This document shows, piece by piece, positions 22,091 to 35,265 of a DNA stretch of 64,000 nt (position 1 is the first letter of the stretch; each line of letters starts with the position of its first letter). The stretch is from Pecten maximus (Eukaryota), in NCBI RefSeq assembly GCF_902652985.1, contig NC_047016.1:27590001-27654000 (forward strand). The letters are read 5' to 3'. The notes beneath the pieces were generated by a model. That model made no database searches, had not been told where the DNA came from, and worked only from the letters and a program-made list of their open reading frames with translations. The translations under genes were made by a program, and so were the position numbers.

Positions 22091-22109
22091 ACTTTCACTT
22101 TCGCTTTCC
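22091..22109 (-). promoter_or_regulatory. ISRE/IRF-E-like motif
   Basis: ACTTTCACTTTCGCTTTCC equals GGAAAGCGAAAGTGAAAGT on the minus strand: three GAAA cores with 2-nt spacers, ~1 kb upstream of the paralogue 2 ATG. Function untested. Confidence 0.5.
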
Positions 22110-23117
22110 GTGAAAACGTATTACAACAGATACGAAGAAAGTAAAAGTTGATATAACTTAATAGAGGTGTGTTTTGTATCAATGTGAGGCAATACAACAC
22201 AGGTTAGAGCATGTGAACGAGACACATTCGGTTTGAAGCATATCTCATTATCATGAACAAATTAATTGTTACTTTAGCGCGTCGATATAAGTAATTGACA
22301 AATAATTGTTTTTCAAAAAAATGAAAATAAAAATCTAACACGCTGTTGCTGTATGCTGTTTTGTATGAATGGTAAACGTTTGCAATGATATTCCCTTTTA
22401 GGATTTGAGCTGGGTGTGTAGTACACAGAAATTAATTTCTTCTCATAACCTAATCACTAAGCCAACGAGAACTGCAACAGAAAAAAACGAACTCCAAGCA
22501 GAATATATGTTTATAAAGTAAAAACAGGTAGGATAGGAGGGCGTACGTTTCTTAATATTAGTCGTCCAATATTTATTTCAAGATTTCCAAAACACCCTTT
22601 CTTGTATCTCAAGAAAAAGTTTAAACAAAGCACCACCGATCATAAGGGACACGTTCGATCCATCCATCTGATGGTGCAAGGGGAATAACTCTTATTTAGT
22701 TATGGTAACAAACAGTTGAAGCAACGAAGTTAGTATAGAATAGTTCTCATTCGACGAACACATTCGTCAACATAATTCGCCCATTATGTATTGCCCATTC
22801 GTCGATAGAGCCTACAAATGTCAAACACATCATCTTTCTTCAACAAAACCATCTATTTGTAAACAATTGATGTAAATACAATATTCCATTAGCAATAGTG
22901 TGATATAACTAAGTAAAAACAACACAATTTCTTTATTTCTGAAATGTTTAATGTTCTATCAATAACTAAAGACACTAAAGGGCGATTACCACTATATGCG
23001 AGATACATGCGTTTGCTAATCATGTGTGTGCTTTAGAAGGCTTTCGCGTAACTTAAATTATTTTATTTACAACACAGCTCTTTATTTTGCAGACTAGGCC
23101 CTATTTATCATTTCAAC

Positions 23118-23792
23118 ATGAATGATTTGCTGATCATCATCGCCGCAACTGTATTATTGGTGTATATAACAACGTTAGCAATATGGCTTTCTCCGGGTCG
23201 GATTATTCTACTTCATGCAACGTTACATGCATTCTTGGTACAAATATCATCAGACTTCAGGAACAATAGGACATTGTCCTGTTTAATTTTTGGAGTATGT
23301 GTTTGGCTTCTGGTGGTACATATTGACAACATACAAACGAAAAACAATTTAATACATATTGAAAATCAGTTCAGAAAAACCTTAGAAGTTGAAATAAACG
23401 AATTGAACAATAAGATATTATGGAAAATGACAGCAGCTAATAGCATGATTGACAACCTTGAAGAAAGAACAACGGCTATTGATTGGAAGATGAACCATTA
23501 TCAGACTGTGTTACAGTATCTAAAGGATTACTTTCAGGAACACGACGACAAACATTATCAGTTGGAAAAAGAAATGAATAGACTTTATCAGATGTATAAC
23601 AGCCTCATCCAGGACAGGGCGGAATACCGATTCCGCGAAGAGGAAAGGGAAAATAGATATCAGCAAGAAAGAGCTCGAAAAAAAGATCGGGAAACGAATC
23701 CGATTGTGAAAATAATTAATGCAGTCCTGGGTTTTTTTGTTGACGCTGTTGGTAAGTTTGTGTTCGGGGGTGTCAACAAATTACTAAATTAA
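23118..23792 (+). CDS. Uncharacterised membrane-anchored coiled-coil protein, paralogue 2 (224 aa)
   Basis: Acceptor TTTATTTTGCAG (23092), ATG at 23118. Shares FLVQISSxFRNNRxLSCLIxGVCVWLLVVHID and QLEKExNRLYQM with paralogue 1. A candidate upstream non-coding exon ends AAAA|GTAAGT at 21780. Confidence 0.82.
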   Translation: MNDLLIIIAATVLLVYITTLAIWLSPGRIILLHATLHAFLVQISSDFRNNRTLSCLIFGVCVWLLVVHIDNIQTKNNLIHIENQFRKTLEVEINELNNKILWKMTAANSMIDNLEERTTAIDWKMNHYQTVLQYLKDYFQEHDDKHYQLEKEMNRLYQMYNSLIQDRAEYRFREEERENRYQQERARKKDRETNPIVKIINAVLGFFVDAVGKFVFGGVNKLLN

Positions 23793-24689
23793 ACGAGATG
23801 TATTGATCGGTGATTAAGATTCCACATTTGTGTATATGGTACTGAAGGATTACCGCCCTGCCATAAGTCAGTTTTATGAAAGCAAATTTAATAAGATGCA
23901 AGCTATGGTAGCAGTGTACAGTAAAAATGCCCAATTTTGAAAAATATGACACATGTCTTAGATATGTAAACATTTCCAGTTAACCCTGCATATAAACTCT
24001 AATAAAGTATATATATTTGTAATCTGTACAACATTTGCAATTTTAATACAGCTCTGAAGGATAAGTTAACTGATATTTTCTGTGATTTTTAGAGCTGTGA
24101 ATACCATGGTAACAGCTTCAAAAATGCTCAAAAATTGCAAAATATTATGATATTTGACCAAAAATGACACAATTCTCTACACATTTTTTTTTTTGAAACC
24201 TATTTAAAATTAAATATCTCTATCCCAAAGACAGAATTAATCTTGTTTTGACATATGTTGTAAATTAAGTTTTTCCGCTATCTCACCTTTACTGTGGGCA
24301 TCCATTTTTCGCTGTAGGCAAAACTAAATTTCCTGTGTAAACACACTTGCGGAAAATCCGGAAATTTAAAATCCGGAACCAATTTATTAATTTTTGTTTT
24401 AACAAATGTGAAGCATGTATGTACTTCTTCATACTGAATATACCAATTATAGTGTACATTTATTTTTTCATTTTTTTTATGCATATCATAATACAGGAGT
24501 TATTTGCTTAACAAAAAAATTGCCATGGCCAGGCTGTCCTACTGTAGAGTGCTACCTATATGCATCTTCAGGAATGAAATGGGATTGGGTACTGTAATAT
24601 AGGTTCGGAATGTAATCCCTTGGATGGATTTTCCAAATTTGTACAATCAATAACAGTTCTGCAATGTCGTCCTGTGTCATCTCACGTCA

Positions 24690-24790
24690 TCACTCAGTAA
24701 CCATATATGGAGGTGTGGAAGCAGTGTCTTGGGTTGGGGCATTTCTTGGCATGACATATCTAGTACACTTAGGGCGCCGATATATTTCTA
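24690..24790 (+). pseudogene. Relic 3' end of a further paralogue of the TM-coiled-coil gene
   Basis: GCAGTGTCTTGGGTTGGGGCATTTCTTGGCATGACA...GCGCCGATA matches the end and 3' UTR of paralogue 1 (AVSWVGAFLGMT vs AVSWVGSWLGIT). Confidence 0.6.
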
Positions 24791-27585
24791 CTGCCTGCTG
24801 AAAACTATATATCATTGTATATAGCATGCCTACCTTATATCTTTGTTTTAATATGTTGGTGACTACGATATAAAATATAAGATATTTGTCCTTTTTGGTC
24901 TTGGGCCAGATTTATCAGTGATTCCTTAACTTATAAGTTCCTCACCTAAATATTTCCCTTAAGATAATCATAACAGAATTTAAGAAAGATTTCTTGAATA
25001 AGATTTTATTTTTACCAATCTGTAGTGCTTTCATATGGGGAGTTTTATGGTAAGGAATATTCTGAGGTATAGAACGGCGAATGGAAACGTGGCAAGCTGA
25101 TAATCATCAAATGCTGTCTCGGATGGTTATTGCTTGACAGTCACTCGACGTTCTAATTTTAGTTAAAACGTTATTGGGGGTTTATTATATATCTACATTT
25201 GTGATTTAAAAAAAAAACCTATGATAATGTTTCTATTGATATCATGTTGGGTTACATTCGAAATTTCGTAAAAAAAAAAAATCAAAAAAAAAAATCAAAA
25301 AAAAAAATCAAAAAAATCAGGAATTCCCAATTGGTAAAACCTAATCTTGATAATATTTCAGTTTAAACAATGCTTATACTTATACGGAGAACGAGATTTT
25401 AACAGAATATTAAAATACAGTAATTCGCGTTCTATATATGATATATAGAAACAAGATTTAAATGATATGATATAAAAATATCTCGAATAGCATATGAGAT
25501 ATTATCTTTTTTTAATTACGATGTCTCAATTAATTTAATATAGGAGTTATCGTTAGTTATGTATACATTATGTACATATATCTCATACAATATTTCAGAT
25601 ACATCGGCAGCAATTCCTCTTGAATAAATGTTAAATGAACATGCCATATAAATGATTGATGTTAATTATATCACCGAATATTCAACAGCTTTCTAGGCGA
25701 CGCTACGTTCAACAGAATGTCTTGAGTAGTATCTCGTATTGTCAAAACATTAATGGTTTACATAACACGCCTTAAAATGCATTCAAACACACATATGATA
25801 CATTTCCAGTTTTAAAGTTTAACTGGAGACATTTTCTTGGGACTTGAACAATCTTGAAACAAAATATTTACATCACCTATGGGATGATAATCTCTAATCG
25901 AATGCCATGACATTGATATATGAATAACTTATGGGGAAAATGCACTTCATCTAGTTCTGGTTACAAAGATAAGTTTCCCGGTTTTATTGTACATATGTAC
26001 ATATGTGGTTCACAGCTTTTTATTCTTGAAGTTATACTTTTGTACTAAACTTTGCTAATTGTGCTTGAAAAAGCTAACACTTGCGTTGCTAAGGTGTTAA
26101 CTGTTGCTATGGAATTAAATGTGCTTAAACTCAGTCATTGACTTGGTGTTTTTCATGGTAATCGTAAAATGTCTTTCATCAGTATTAGTGATGATGCTTA
26201 TATAAGTTAATTTTTACGTAATCATTTTAGGTGGATATCGTTTCGTTAAATACTGGTAATTTTGTCTATAGCTATGGGTTTTCGTGGCTACGGAGATTAC
26301 ATATTTCAAAACAGTACATCAATAACTTAAGATATTATGTATCTGTATTTCCATGACATACATATGTGTGGAGGATGAAACACTTTCTGGGTATCACAAT
26401 ATTAATTGCAATGCGTAAATACGGATGTAGACAAAGGCAATCGGCAATAAGTTCAAAAAGGTGCTATATCTTTTATGTCTTTAGTGTAATTCTTTGGTGT
26501 GTGTTCTTGATACCAAAGGGTTTATCATACAAATCACATGTATGACACGTTCCTGTGTGGATACAAGAGAATGCAATTATTGTTCATGTCTTTTTCAAAT
26601 ACTTTTTAAGAAAATAAAATTACAAACATCAAAGCTAATATGCATATGTAAGAGATTCTGTCTACATTTTGTTAGAATACTAGAATGGCGCTCCTGCGTT
26701 ATGCTTCAGGCCATTTATATATTGTGATTTCCTGCGATTACACCGCAGGGTACATGTATTCTTTGTCATGAATCTGAAAAAAATCCATCTGGTTAACCGG
26801 GATATGTGTGCATTTTTTCGTGTAAAAACATGGCTTCGAAACCGCAACGGCGGCATAGCGAGTGGGAATCACAGTATGGCAGGATAATGATAGAAAGATG
26901 GAACGAGTTCAAGAAAGAAAACGAATCTAATAACAATGGTGACGTGGCGTATCATATGTGAGAAGTGAAATTAACATATCTCATAAATTGAGTCATAAAT
27001 TCTCAATATACACATATTAGAAAAGAAAACTTGATATTTAAAAAAATATTAAATTTGCGAGTAAAACCTATCTATTTAGTAAACATTGAGTATAATGTAC
27101 GTGTTGCAATATCTACGAACAAGGAAGACGATGTATTATTCGTATTTATTAGTTAAAAATATAACCATTATTTAGGTATAGTGCAAGCATGACACAATAT
27201 TTGGCAAAACAATTTAAAACTAATTCAAATAAAACAAAACAGACATACAACGCATCTTAGCTTGAAATGGAAATAAATGTTGCTCATTAAAAGTATGACG
27301 AAATACCTACGTTCCTATAAATCAAACAAGCACGCTACGCCATAACAAAATCTAAAGAAATATTGAGGGAATAAAACAAGAATGCCATTGATATGTAGCA
27401 TATGTTTCCTCATACATTCCTAAAATACACATCAGCATAACATCGTCTGCTGAAAGGGAGTAAAAGGATCTAAAATGAGTTTTTTTTTCAAAAATGTGTT
27501 AAATAATATTTGTCAAAAAACATCAAACACGGAAGGTAAACAAATACACGGAAACAGTTTGTATCTCCAGGAATCACATCAGAAC

Positions 27586-27657
27586 CACAGGGGCTTGGCA
27601 CGATTTTCCAAATGATAGTCTATATATATGTTTGGAAAATCGTGCCAAGCCCCTGTG
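27586..27657. mobile_element. 72-bp MITE with perfect 27-bp TIRs and an 8-bp TSD (P-element/hAT class)
   Basis: CACAGGGGCTTGGCACGATTTTCCAAA, an 18-bp spacer, then TTTGGAAAATCGTGCCAAGCCCCTGTG. Flanked by ATCAGAAC at 27578-27585 and 27658-27665. Confidence 0.9.
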
Positions 27658-28013
27658 ATCAGAACAATCAAAATATATTCTGGTGCTCAATTTTCTACAT
27701 ATGATATAATGATAATCGGAATTTATTTCAGAATAAGGAGACAGATAGGCAATACACATTATAGAAGTATTACATCATAAAAATATAATTTCATTACCGG
27801 CAATAATATTATGCAGTGCAAGAATATCAACTGGCGCCCATGTATATCTGATAAGAAAAATATCAAGTTTCAATGCGTGTCCTTGTTCCAATGCCAGCAA
27901 TTAACATGCGGACATACAATATGGATTTTGCATTGTTTCACGTCTGTCTAACATGTCGCATTAGGTATCTTTCTATAACATCCCCAATGTTGGAGTGAGT
28001 CAGGGAAATCTTG

Positions 28014-31000
28014 TTACTTTCTTTGTTCAAACGTAAAAGTAACAGGTTTGTCAAGCGTCTGAATGATTTGGAATTTAAGTCCTAATTCATCTGTTGGGGT
28101 AGTGATCTTGAACTTGTTAAGAAGCTTTGCCATCATCACGTACATATCCTGCTCGGCTATTCGTCGACCTATATGAAAATAAGACACACATTGTATTATC
28201 GTATCAAATGCATGTATTCATTGTTCAAACCTATACATGTTTAATCCATTGGTTGGAAAAGAGTTAACGAGTGTACCAGTGAAAAGTTAGCCTAATGTTT
28301 GTGACAGTTAAAGATTAATGTGTGTTTGTTTGTTCCAGTTAAATGTCACCCTCTGTTAATGTTTGTACTAGTAGTGTTACCCTCTGTTAATGTTTGTTCC
28401 AGTTATGTTACCCTCTGTAATATGTGTACCAATTTCAATGCCAGTAAAATGTTACTATCTATTAGTGCTTGTGGCAATTACAAAAAAAAACAAAAACATT
28501 TGGGGCAGATAAATCTAACGCCAAGTAAATGATGGAACTATCTAAAAGTTGCCCATTGTTGTCGTGAATTTCATTTAAGTGATTAATCTATATTTGTAGT
28601 TAGTATAGGCTGACTGTTAACCCATATTTTAGATAATTGTTACTATTGCTAAATATTCAATAAACTGACAACAAACCTATACACATCCTCGGACCATGGC
28701 TGAAGGGTATAACGATGAAGGGGTGATGATTTCTGAAATATTTGCTGCCCCTAAGCCAACGCTCTGGTCGGAACTCCATGGGATCATCAAAATACACGGG
28801 CGACCACTGGTGTACGAAGGAACACATCTCTATGACAGTCTATTGGAAATTCAAAAAATGTATTTTAAAATTTTGTCTTTTGTTTGATTCTCAATACTTT
28901 TCATTGGATAAAACAGTTACCATAATTTATATCCTTGGATCTACAGGGTCAGGGCTATTTCGATTCTGATGGGAACACTAATGCAAGGTGTATCATTTGT
29001 TGAATTTGAGATATTGTTGAGTGGTCATCTTCTTAAACATAGGTCATCTATAATGCATTTTTAAATGAACACAGTGTGCACAAGGTGTTCGATACTGTAT
29101 TTATAACTGTTTTCATGATGATTTGACTTTTATGATACCGCAGTCATTATAATATTGATTTTTAGGGACTTCGAAAAGCTTTTAATCAGTTTTGAACACC
29201 CGGTTATGATACACGTTTCTGGCTGTTTGAACATTTCAAAATGTATAATATGTACACTGCCATATCTGGTTTAAAAAAACTTTATTCTTTTGTCTTTAGA
29301 TTATTATTTGCAGTTGCAAAGGCGAACGTCAACAGGTGGTCTCGAACTAAGGCTATTTTAAAATATACTGAAGTTGAAATGGTGAGAATGACTGTATTTT
29401 TTTATTCTACAATAGTTTTGATGAGCAAAATCGTAGAAAGATAATATAACGCCATTGTATTGCACACAAGACTTTTAGTTTCATAGGAAAAAGGGTAAAA
29501 ATGACCTTGACAATTCTTTCATTTTCTTTTATATTGATTATGTGTACGTCTTATTGTAGATAAAAAGATAGTCACTGACCTTTACCCGCTTATTTATGTG
29601 AACCTACATATTTATCCACATTAACTGCTTATATCTCAATCCTTTCCTGCATTTGGTCTCAGTGATAACTTTCCTTGTGGAATATGGAGTTTTATTGTTT
29701 ATGTGTCTAAAGAATGCATTGTCACTGCCCCGTTTCCATTTTTGACCACGTGACATTGTTAGATATTCCTCGTGTACTTTAAAACAGTATCAATGTAAAA
29801 TTTAATATTTTATCCATGCACGTGTAATTTGCCCTGCTTTTGATGTTTTTAGAGACAAAAAAATCCTGATTAAATTAAACGTCGACGTTCTCGTATATTG
29901 TACATAATGATTTTCTTTCACGTCTCAATGCAGCTTGAAGATAAAAACCACTCCTTATAAATGTGTATAAAAAGTAATATTTATTCTGCTAATATTTTGA
30001 TTACTTAGTCATTGAACTCATCAATAAAAGGTAGGGATGTTCACTAAGACAGCTTTTCAGCGAAGTGTAGTTATTTCAAATACTTATATATACACATTTA
30101 GTATAGACTGTATCACCGATGTCAACATAATAGCGTAAAGGGACATTTAGTTCGATAGGATTAGTTTAACATAAGGAACACAGGTAAACAATGTATATAA
30201 TCTCACCCCAGCTGGTATCTGGAACCCTCCCACTGCAATATTCTTATCCAATATCCTCTTAACGTCTAGGTTTAAAGGGTACAGCCTGTTGACGAAAGAA
30301 GAACAGTTATTGATTAATCTATGTATATACATACTGCTAACATTCTGTATATGAAAAACATATAAAGGAATAAAGCAAATTGGTCGAATGTTTATAGCTT
30401 AACATATATATTATAATAAAACTCATAGAAACAGAAAGATACCAAATGTATACATGTACTGGTATACTATGATGAACATACTTTTCAAATGGTATACATA
30501 TCGTACATACATTGTATAATGTAAGTAAACAAAATACTGGATATATAACAAACTAATAGTATACACCTCCCTGATCTCTATAATAAAGTGGATATAACAG
30601 AACGAAACAGCACACAAAAATAACACGTTCAAACAATTACGACATAAGTACACATGCTGACCTGAACGACTCCTTGAAACATGCCTTCAGATATGATAAT
30701 TTGTTTAAAACGTTGAGAGTTATGTAACCATCTTTAGGGATGTGTTGTTGTATCTCTTCAAACGCCCTTTCCTGGATTTCTGGATTCTTTGCGAGGCAGT
30801 ACATTGCTAGTAACAGTGCTGGTACCGTCTACAGAGTATAAAATACACTAAGATAGTTTATAAAATTATCAATAGTCCCATTACAAATGAATAAATAAAT
30901 AAGCAAGCATAACAAGTTTGCAATGTTCAGGATTTTGTTGTTGAAAATCAAATCATTGCAAAATGAAGCATAACAACTGAGGCTTCAGAGGTAATAAAGA

Positions 31001-34000
31001 AACCATAGATTGATAAAACTCACACAAAGATTCCTTAAATATTACAAGGAAAATACAGTATATATCCTTTAGATCAACGACGACCCCTTATACAAATCTA
31101 GGTAACATTCCGGTCAAAATATCAAAATGTGAAATAAAGTGGAAACATAATAAAAGAATACGAAAAAAAAAAAAAATGAAATCACCACTGCCTATCTGAA
31201 ACTTCGGAGACGTAATCTGTCCCTGCTGGTGACGTAAGCAAAGATCAAGGTAGGCATAACGATGTTATTTTCACCAATATTAGTAAAAATCAACGAAAGT
31301 CAGATAATTAATTCCAACACAAATTTTGCTTCAATTTTCAAAACTTTCAATAAGAGACTTCAATTTTGTTGCTAAGTCATTGATGCTAGTTGTGATAATG
31401 ATTGACACAAGTAAACAATGTGGTAGTACGAAAGAAAATATTATGAAATAAAATATTTTACTAGTTTCTCTCAATAATAGAATCATAAACAATCATCTTC
31501 TCTCTCAGTACTACACACAATACTCACCGCATTAAGTCCGTCAGCGAACACTGTGAGGGCTGTGATGTTGATATCTTTGTTGTTGAGATTTGTGTTAGAA
31601 AGAAGATATGAAAGAAACATGAACTTTCCTTCCTGTAGCTCGTTCTCGTCAACCAGTTCCTTGATACGAGATACCGTCGAGTTTATGAGATTCCTGCCAT
31701 CGCTTTGCAACAAAACCAAACCATAAGTAAAGTTAAAATAGTTGAATGAACAATAGATAGTTAGATATCAACTGATCACCAATTTGAACATATCGCACCA
31801 ATCCAATAACATCATACATGAAGATATACTTCAAAAAGCAATTATTTAAAAAGTATAAAAAAAATGTTTATACTAAATACACTTCGAAAAACATGTGTTT
31901 ATAAGTCATTAGATTGAACAATTAAACAAACATTATACGACAGATTTTGACTTTAAGGAAACCAACTTATGTGATTTTTAATACCGGTTTATTTCACGTT
32001 TGATATTTAATTACTTCAAGAGGAAGAACACAGTGTGTATTATAGATGTATATTCCAGTTATGACATTCAAATCAATAACTGCTACGCTCATGAAAAAAG
32101 TTTCGGTCATCGCTGCGAAAGGTGTTTATACTTCTAATAATTTAGAGTATATTCTTATGGTATTAGTGAACTAATTAGAGGTATGCTCTTCCGACAAGTA
32201 TTTGAGCATGTACGGAAATCAACACTTTATTCTCTGTCAAACGTCAGAGCTAATGTTGTACCTGTAGAAGTAGTCTTCCGCTGCGTAGTGAAGTTTTGAA
32301 AGTCTTCGATATGTTATGAAATCCCAAGGAAGTACAAACATTAGTTTTGTGGATAAATCAAATATATCGTGATTTGCCTGGATCATTCTCTGCGAATGAG
32401 ATTCGAATCCCTCCTTTAGTGCTCCAAGTCTCCTCTCAAAACAAATCATCCCGGCAGCTGTACAAGAAGGACAGGTAAAATATGAACATTTTATATAGAG
32501 TGTATGTATTTCTGTCTCGATAAACATCAATATCCAAGCTTTGCGCTTATTCTTTCTTTGAGTTAAATTCATCTTATCGATATGGAGAATGCATTCCATC
32601 AGTATGGTTGTTGATAAAATATCTTAGCTCTACGTATATAAAATGATTACGATCAACATTGATTTATTTTTCTGTATTATAAGTAACGTTATCAACTTAT
32701 TTCAGATGACGCCAGACACAGCCTTACTTTCCATATTCCATCTTCCCGCCAAATAGTTAAAATTTTCGAAATTCCCATCTGTATCCTTTCTGATGCATAT
32801 TTCGTCTATGACGTCATCAGCTATCTCATTCACAAACGGCAGAAACTGAGCTACCTCCTGGGGACGCATCATTACTATTTGAATGGCCTTCCTCATCGTG
32901 TTCCATTCCTCTCCGTTACTATAAAACATCAGTAATACTTGTGTGTTGAATACATATAATAATACAAAAATCATCTACCTGTATTGTGTGCAGGTGAACA
33001 GTTCGGTCAATAAGAGGACACCAAACCCCTGTTTAATTAAGTGTTTTGTACTTTTGTTTAGAAAAAAACATTTTTATATTAAGAGGAACTATCTTAGGTT
33101 ATAATATGATAATAATGAAGAAAAGAGGAATTATTGTAACTTGGGGAATACTGATGAAACAATTATAACGAATGGCATTTAGTTTAAGCTTCTTAAGTGT
33201 AAACATTCAGATGAAAATAATGTTTTAATCAAGTTTAAAGAAACATGAATGAGTCTAAGATATTTGTTAATTCTAAGATTCTAGGAATATAATACTTATT
33301 TTTTTGCATTTGTAAGAATCACCGTTAATACACGGATGATGTAGTTTATTTTTAACTCACATATTTCCCAGCCCAGGCGACATGCCTTTCGTTTCGCGAT
33401 ATTTTCGAGAACTCTCCAGAATGGGAACAATATTTGGCCATACCCCTTCGTGTTGGTAGACTCTCTGTACATGATCCGGGTCAAACAGTCGGACATGCGT
33501 GCGGTTTCCTATTGTTTCCTTGACAACAGATCCATACAGTTTCCATCGTGACTCCAGTACTGCTTGATATTTGTCTATGTCGTATTTCTTGAAAGGACCT
33601 TTTAACAAGAAAATGCGTAGTAAATAATGATTACCTCCATAAAAACGAAACCAAAAATACACGGTGTTTTTAAATTATTTGTCATGATCATACGCATTTA
33701 ACGAAGACTATTTGTTATACATTTGGCATATTCCGTTAAGTTAGATGCATGAATTCTATAGGTGATTGGACAATAAGATGGGGAACTATCTTGTGTAAAA
33801 CTAGCATACGTGTGTAGGTTACAAGGTTTGATGCCGTCAGTATATTTTATATGCTTAACTTGTTATAGTGAAATTTTTGCACGACAGGCCACAGCGGAAG
33901 GCCAAAATTAATCTAATATCGATGTTTTTATATCATAAAGGATGATCCATATCAATTTTAATTGTATTGTGTACATGCTATACAAATGCTTAAGCTATTG

Positions 34001-34548
34001 AATCATCTGAGCTTGATTACAGTAAATTATGACAAATACAAGTCGAATCTTCTTATCTCGAAGTGTTTATTGTTATATATAATATTTAATATCGACTTAG
34101 GCAGGGTCTTCGAGTTATCAGAGCTCGAGATAACGAAATTTTACTGCATCTTAATTTTGTCATAAGGAATTGTGCTAAAGGGATAATTAAACTATATCCC
34201 TCTTGGTTTTGTTGGTATAGATACAGTCACTGCAGGATAACGGTAATAAATACCCTAATCAACAAGTTCTTTACCTAGTAATGTTTCGTAAATCAATGTC
34301 AAAGTGACCTATAATTTACCTGTATATTGCAGGAGAGTTCCGATAAATGGCAATCCTTTTGGTCCCGGGATATCACGAAATGGTTTAGCACTATCATAAT
34401 CCGCTGAACAACTCCTATCCACAGCGGCATGACTGTCTAGTGAAGTTATATACGTGCTCCGTTTCCTTAAATATCTTGGCAAGCGGTGGCATAAGCATCT
34501 TCCAACAAGGACGACATCACAAAACGATCGTCTTTTAAAGTATGCCAT
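28014..34548 (-). CDS. CYP44: Mitochondrial-clan cytochrome P450, CYP44-like (9 exons, 530 aa; family-level call)
   Basis: GT-AG exons with consistent phase: 34548-34320, 33598-33361, 32918-32728, 32457-32262, 31702-31528, 30828-30662, 30285-30207, 28839-28677, 28168-28014 (1593 nt). Arg-rich transit-like N-terminus, KPFRDIPGPKGLP, WxxxR, I-helix FADGLNAT, KESFR (ExxR), FRPERW, and heme motif PFSHGPRMCIGRRIAEQD. Confidence 0.93.
34037..34148. mobile_element. Degenerate Tc1/pogo-like MITE in CYP intron 1
   Basis: Imperfect TIRs TACAAGTCGAATCTTCTTATCTCGAA ... CTCGAGATAACGAAATTTTACTGCA. A more decayed relative lies at ~4230-4330. Confidence 0.55.
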
Positions 34549-35147
34549 ACCGATGATAATCCAGCATCACATCATATTCAGTATGAAGTCTACACCCCGT
34601 GTGTTGGACAACAAGTCGTTAACATACACCATTCGTCTTCGTCACGCATAGGTAGCTCTTAAAATGTCACCCCTCTGAGTTAAAAATAGACCAGTGAATT
34701 GACCATAGCTGGTCATTTAGTAAACAGTCAAAGCATGTGACTTGACCCTTACCTTTAAAATACCTGTGTAAATAATCTATACTGTTATCTCGGTCAGTGA
34801 GACCGGCAGTGGTATGTAATGCCCATGCTCGTTTAGGATAAAGTTCCATTAATTCTACATTACTAGTTTTCAATACATACATAATACATAAACCAAATGC
34901 ACTGCCTATTGCTTCATCATTAATTTTTATTGAGTAAAACTACCTTCAATATTGTAGATTTTTAAATTAGCGAGTAAAAGAATGGTTTAATGCCGTCAAA
35001 GTATGTTCATTATCTAATGATATACATTTCATATACTAATATTAAACTTTATAACATACTATATAGCAAAGCTTTGGATTCTTTTGCTGGTACTAGACTT
35101 TTGTCATAGCATCGACACCATTACAAGAATAATTAGATGTAAGATTA

Positions 35148-35265
35148 CACCTGTGCGGGGACATTGTTTATATTTTGAAGGCTGACCTCAAGGCCCCAAC
35201 CTTGGCAGCCTTCCAATTGTTACATGTTCTGGGAGATTAAATGTTTGTGTGAAAAAAAAAAAAAA
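35148..35265 (+). mobile_element. 118-bp retroposed insert with poly(A) tail and 13-bp TSD
   Basis: AGATGTAAGATTA at 35135-35147 and 35266-35278. The insert carries a stem-loop (35178-35212), ATTAAA and an A14-15 tail. Confidence 0.85.

Noticed and set aside
23917-24596. Tc1/mariner-type MITE bounded by TACAGTA...TACTGTA
   Set aside because: The inverted match beyond about 7 bp is poor, so it is not listed as a feature; mentioned only as a possibility.
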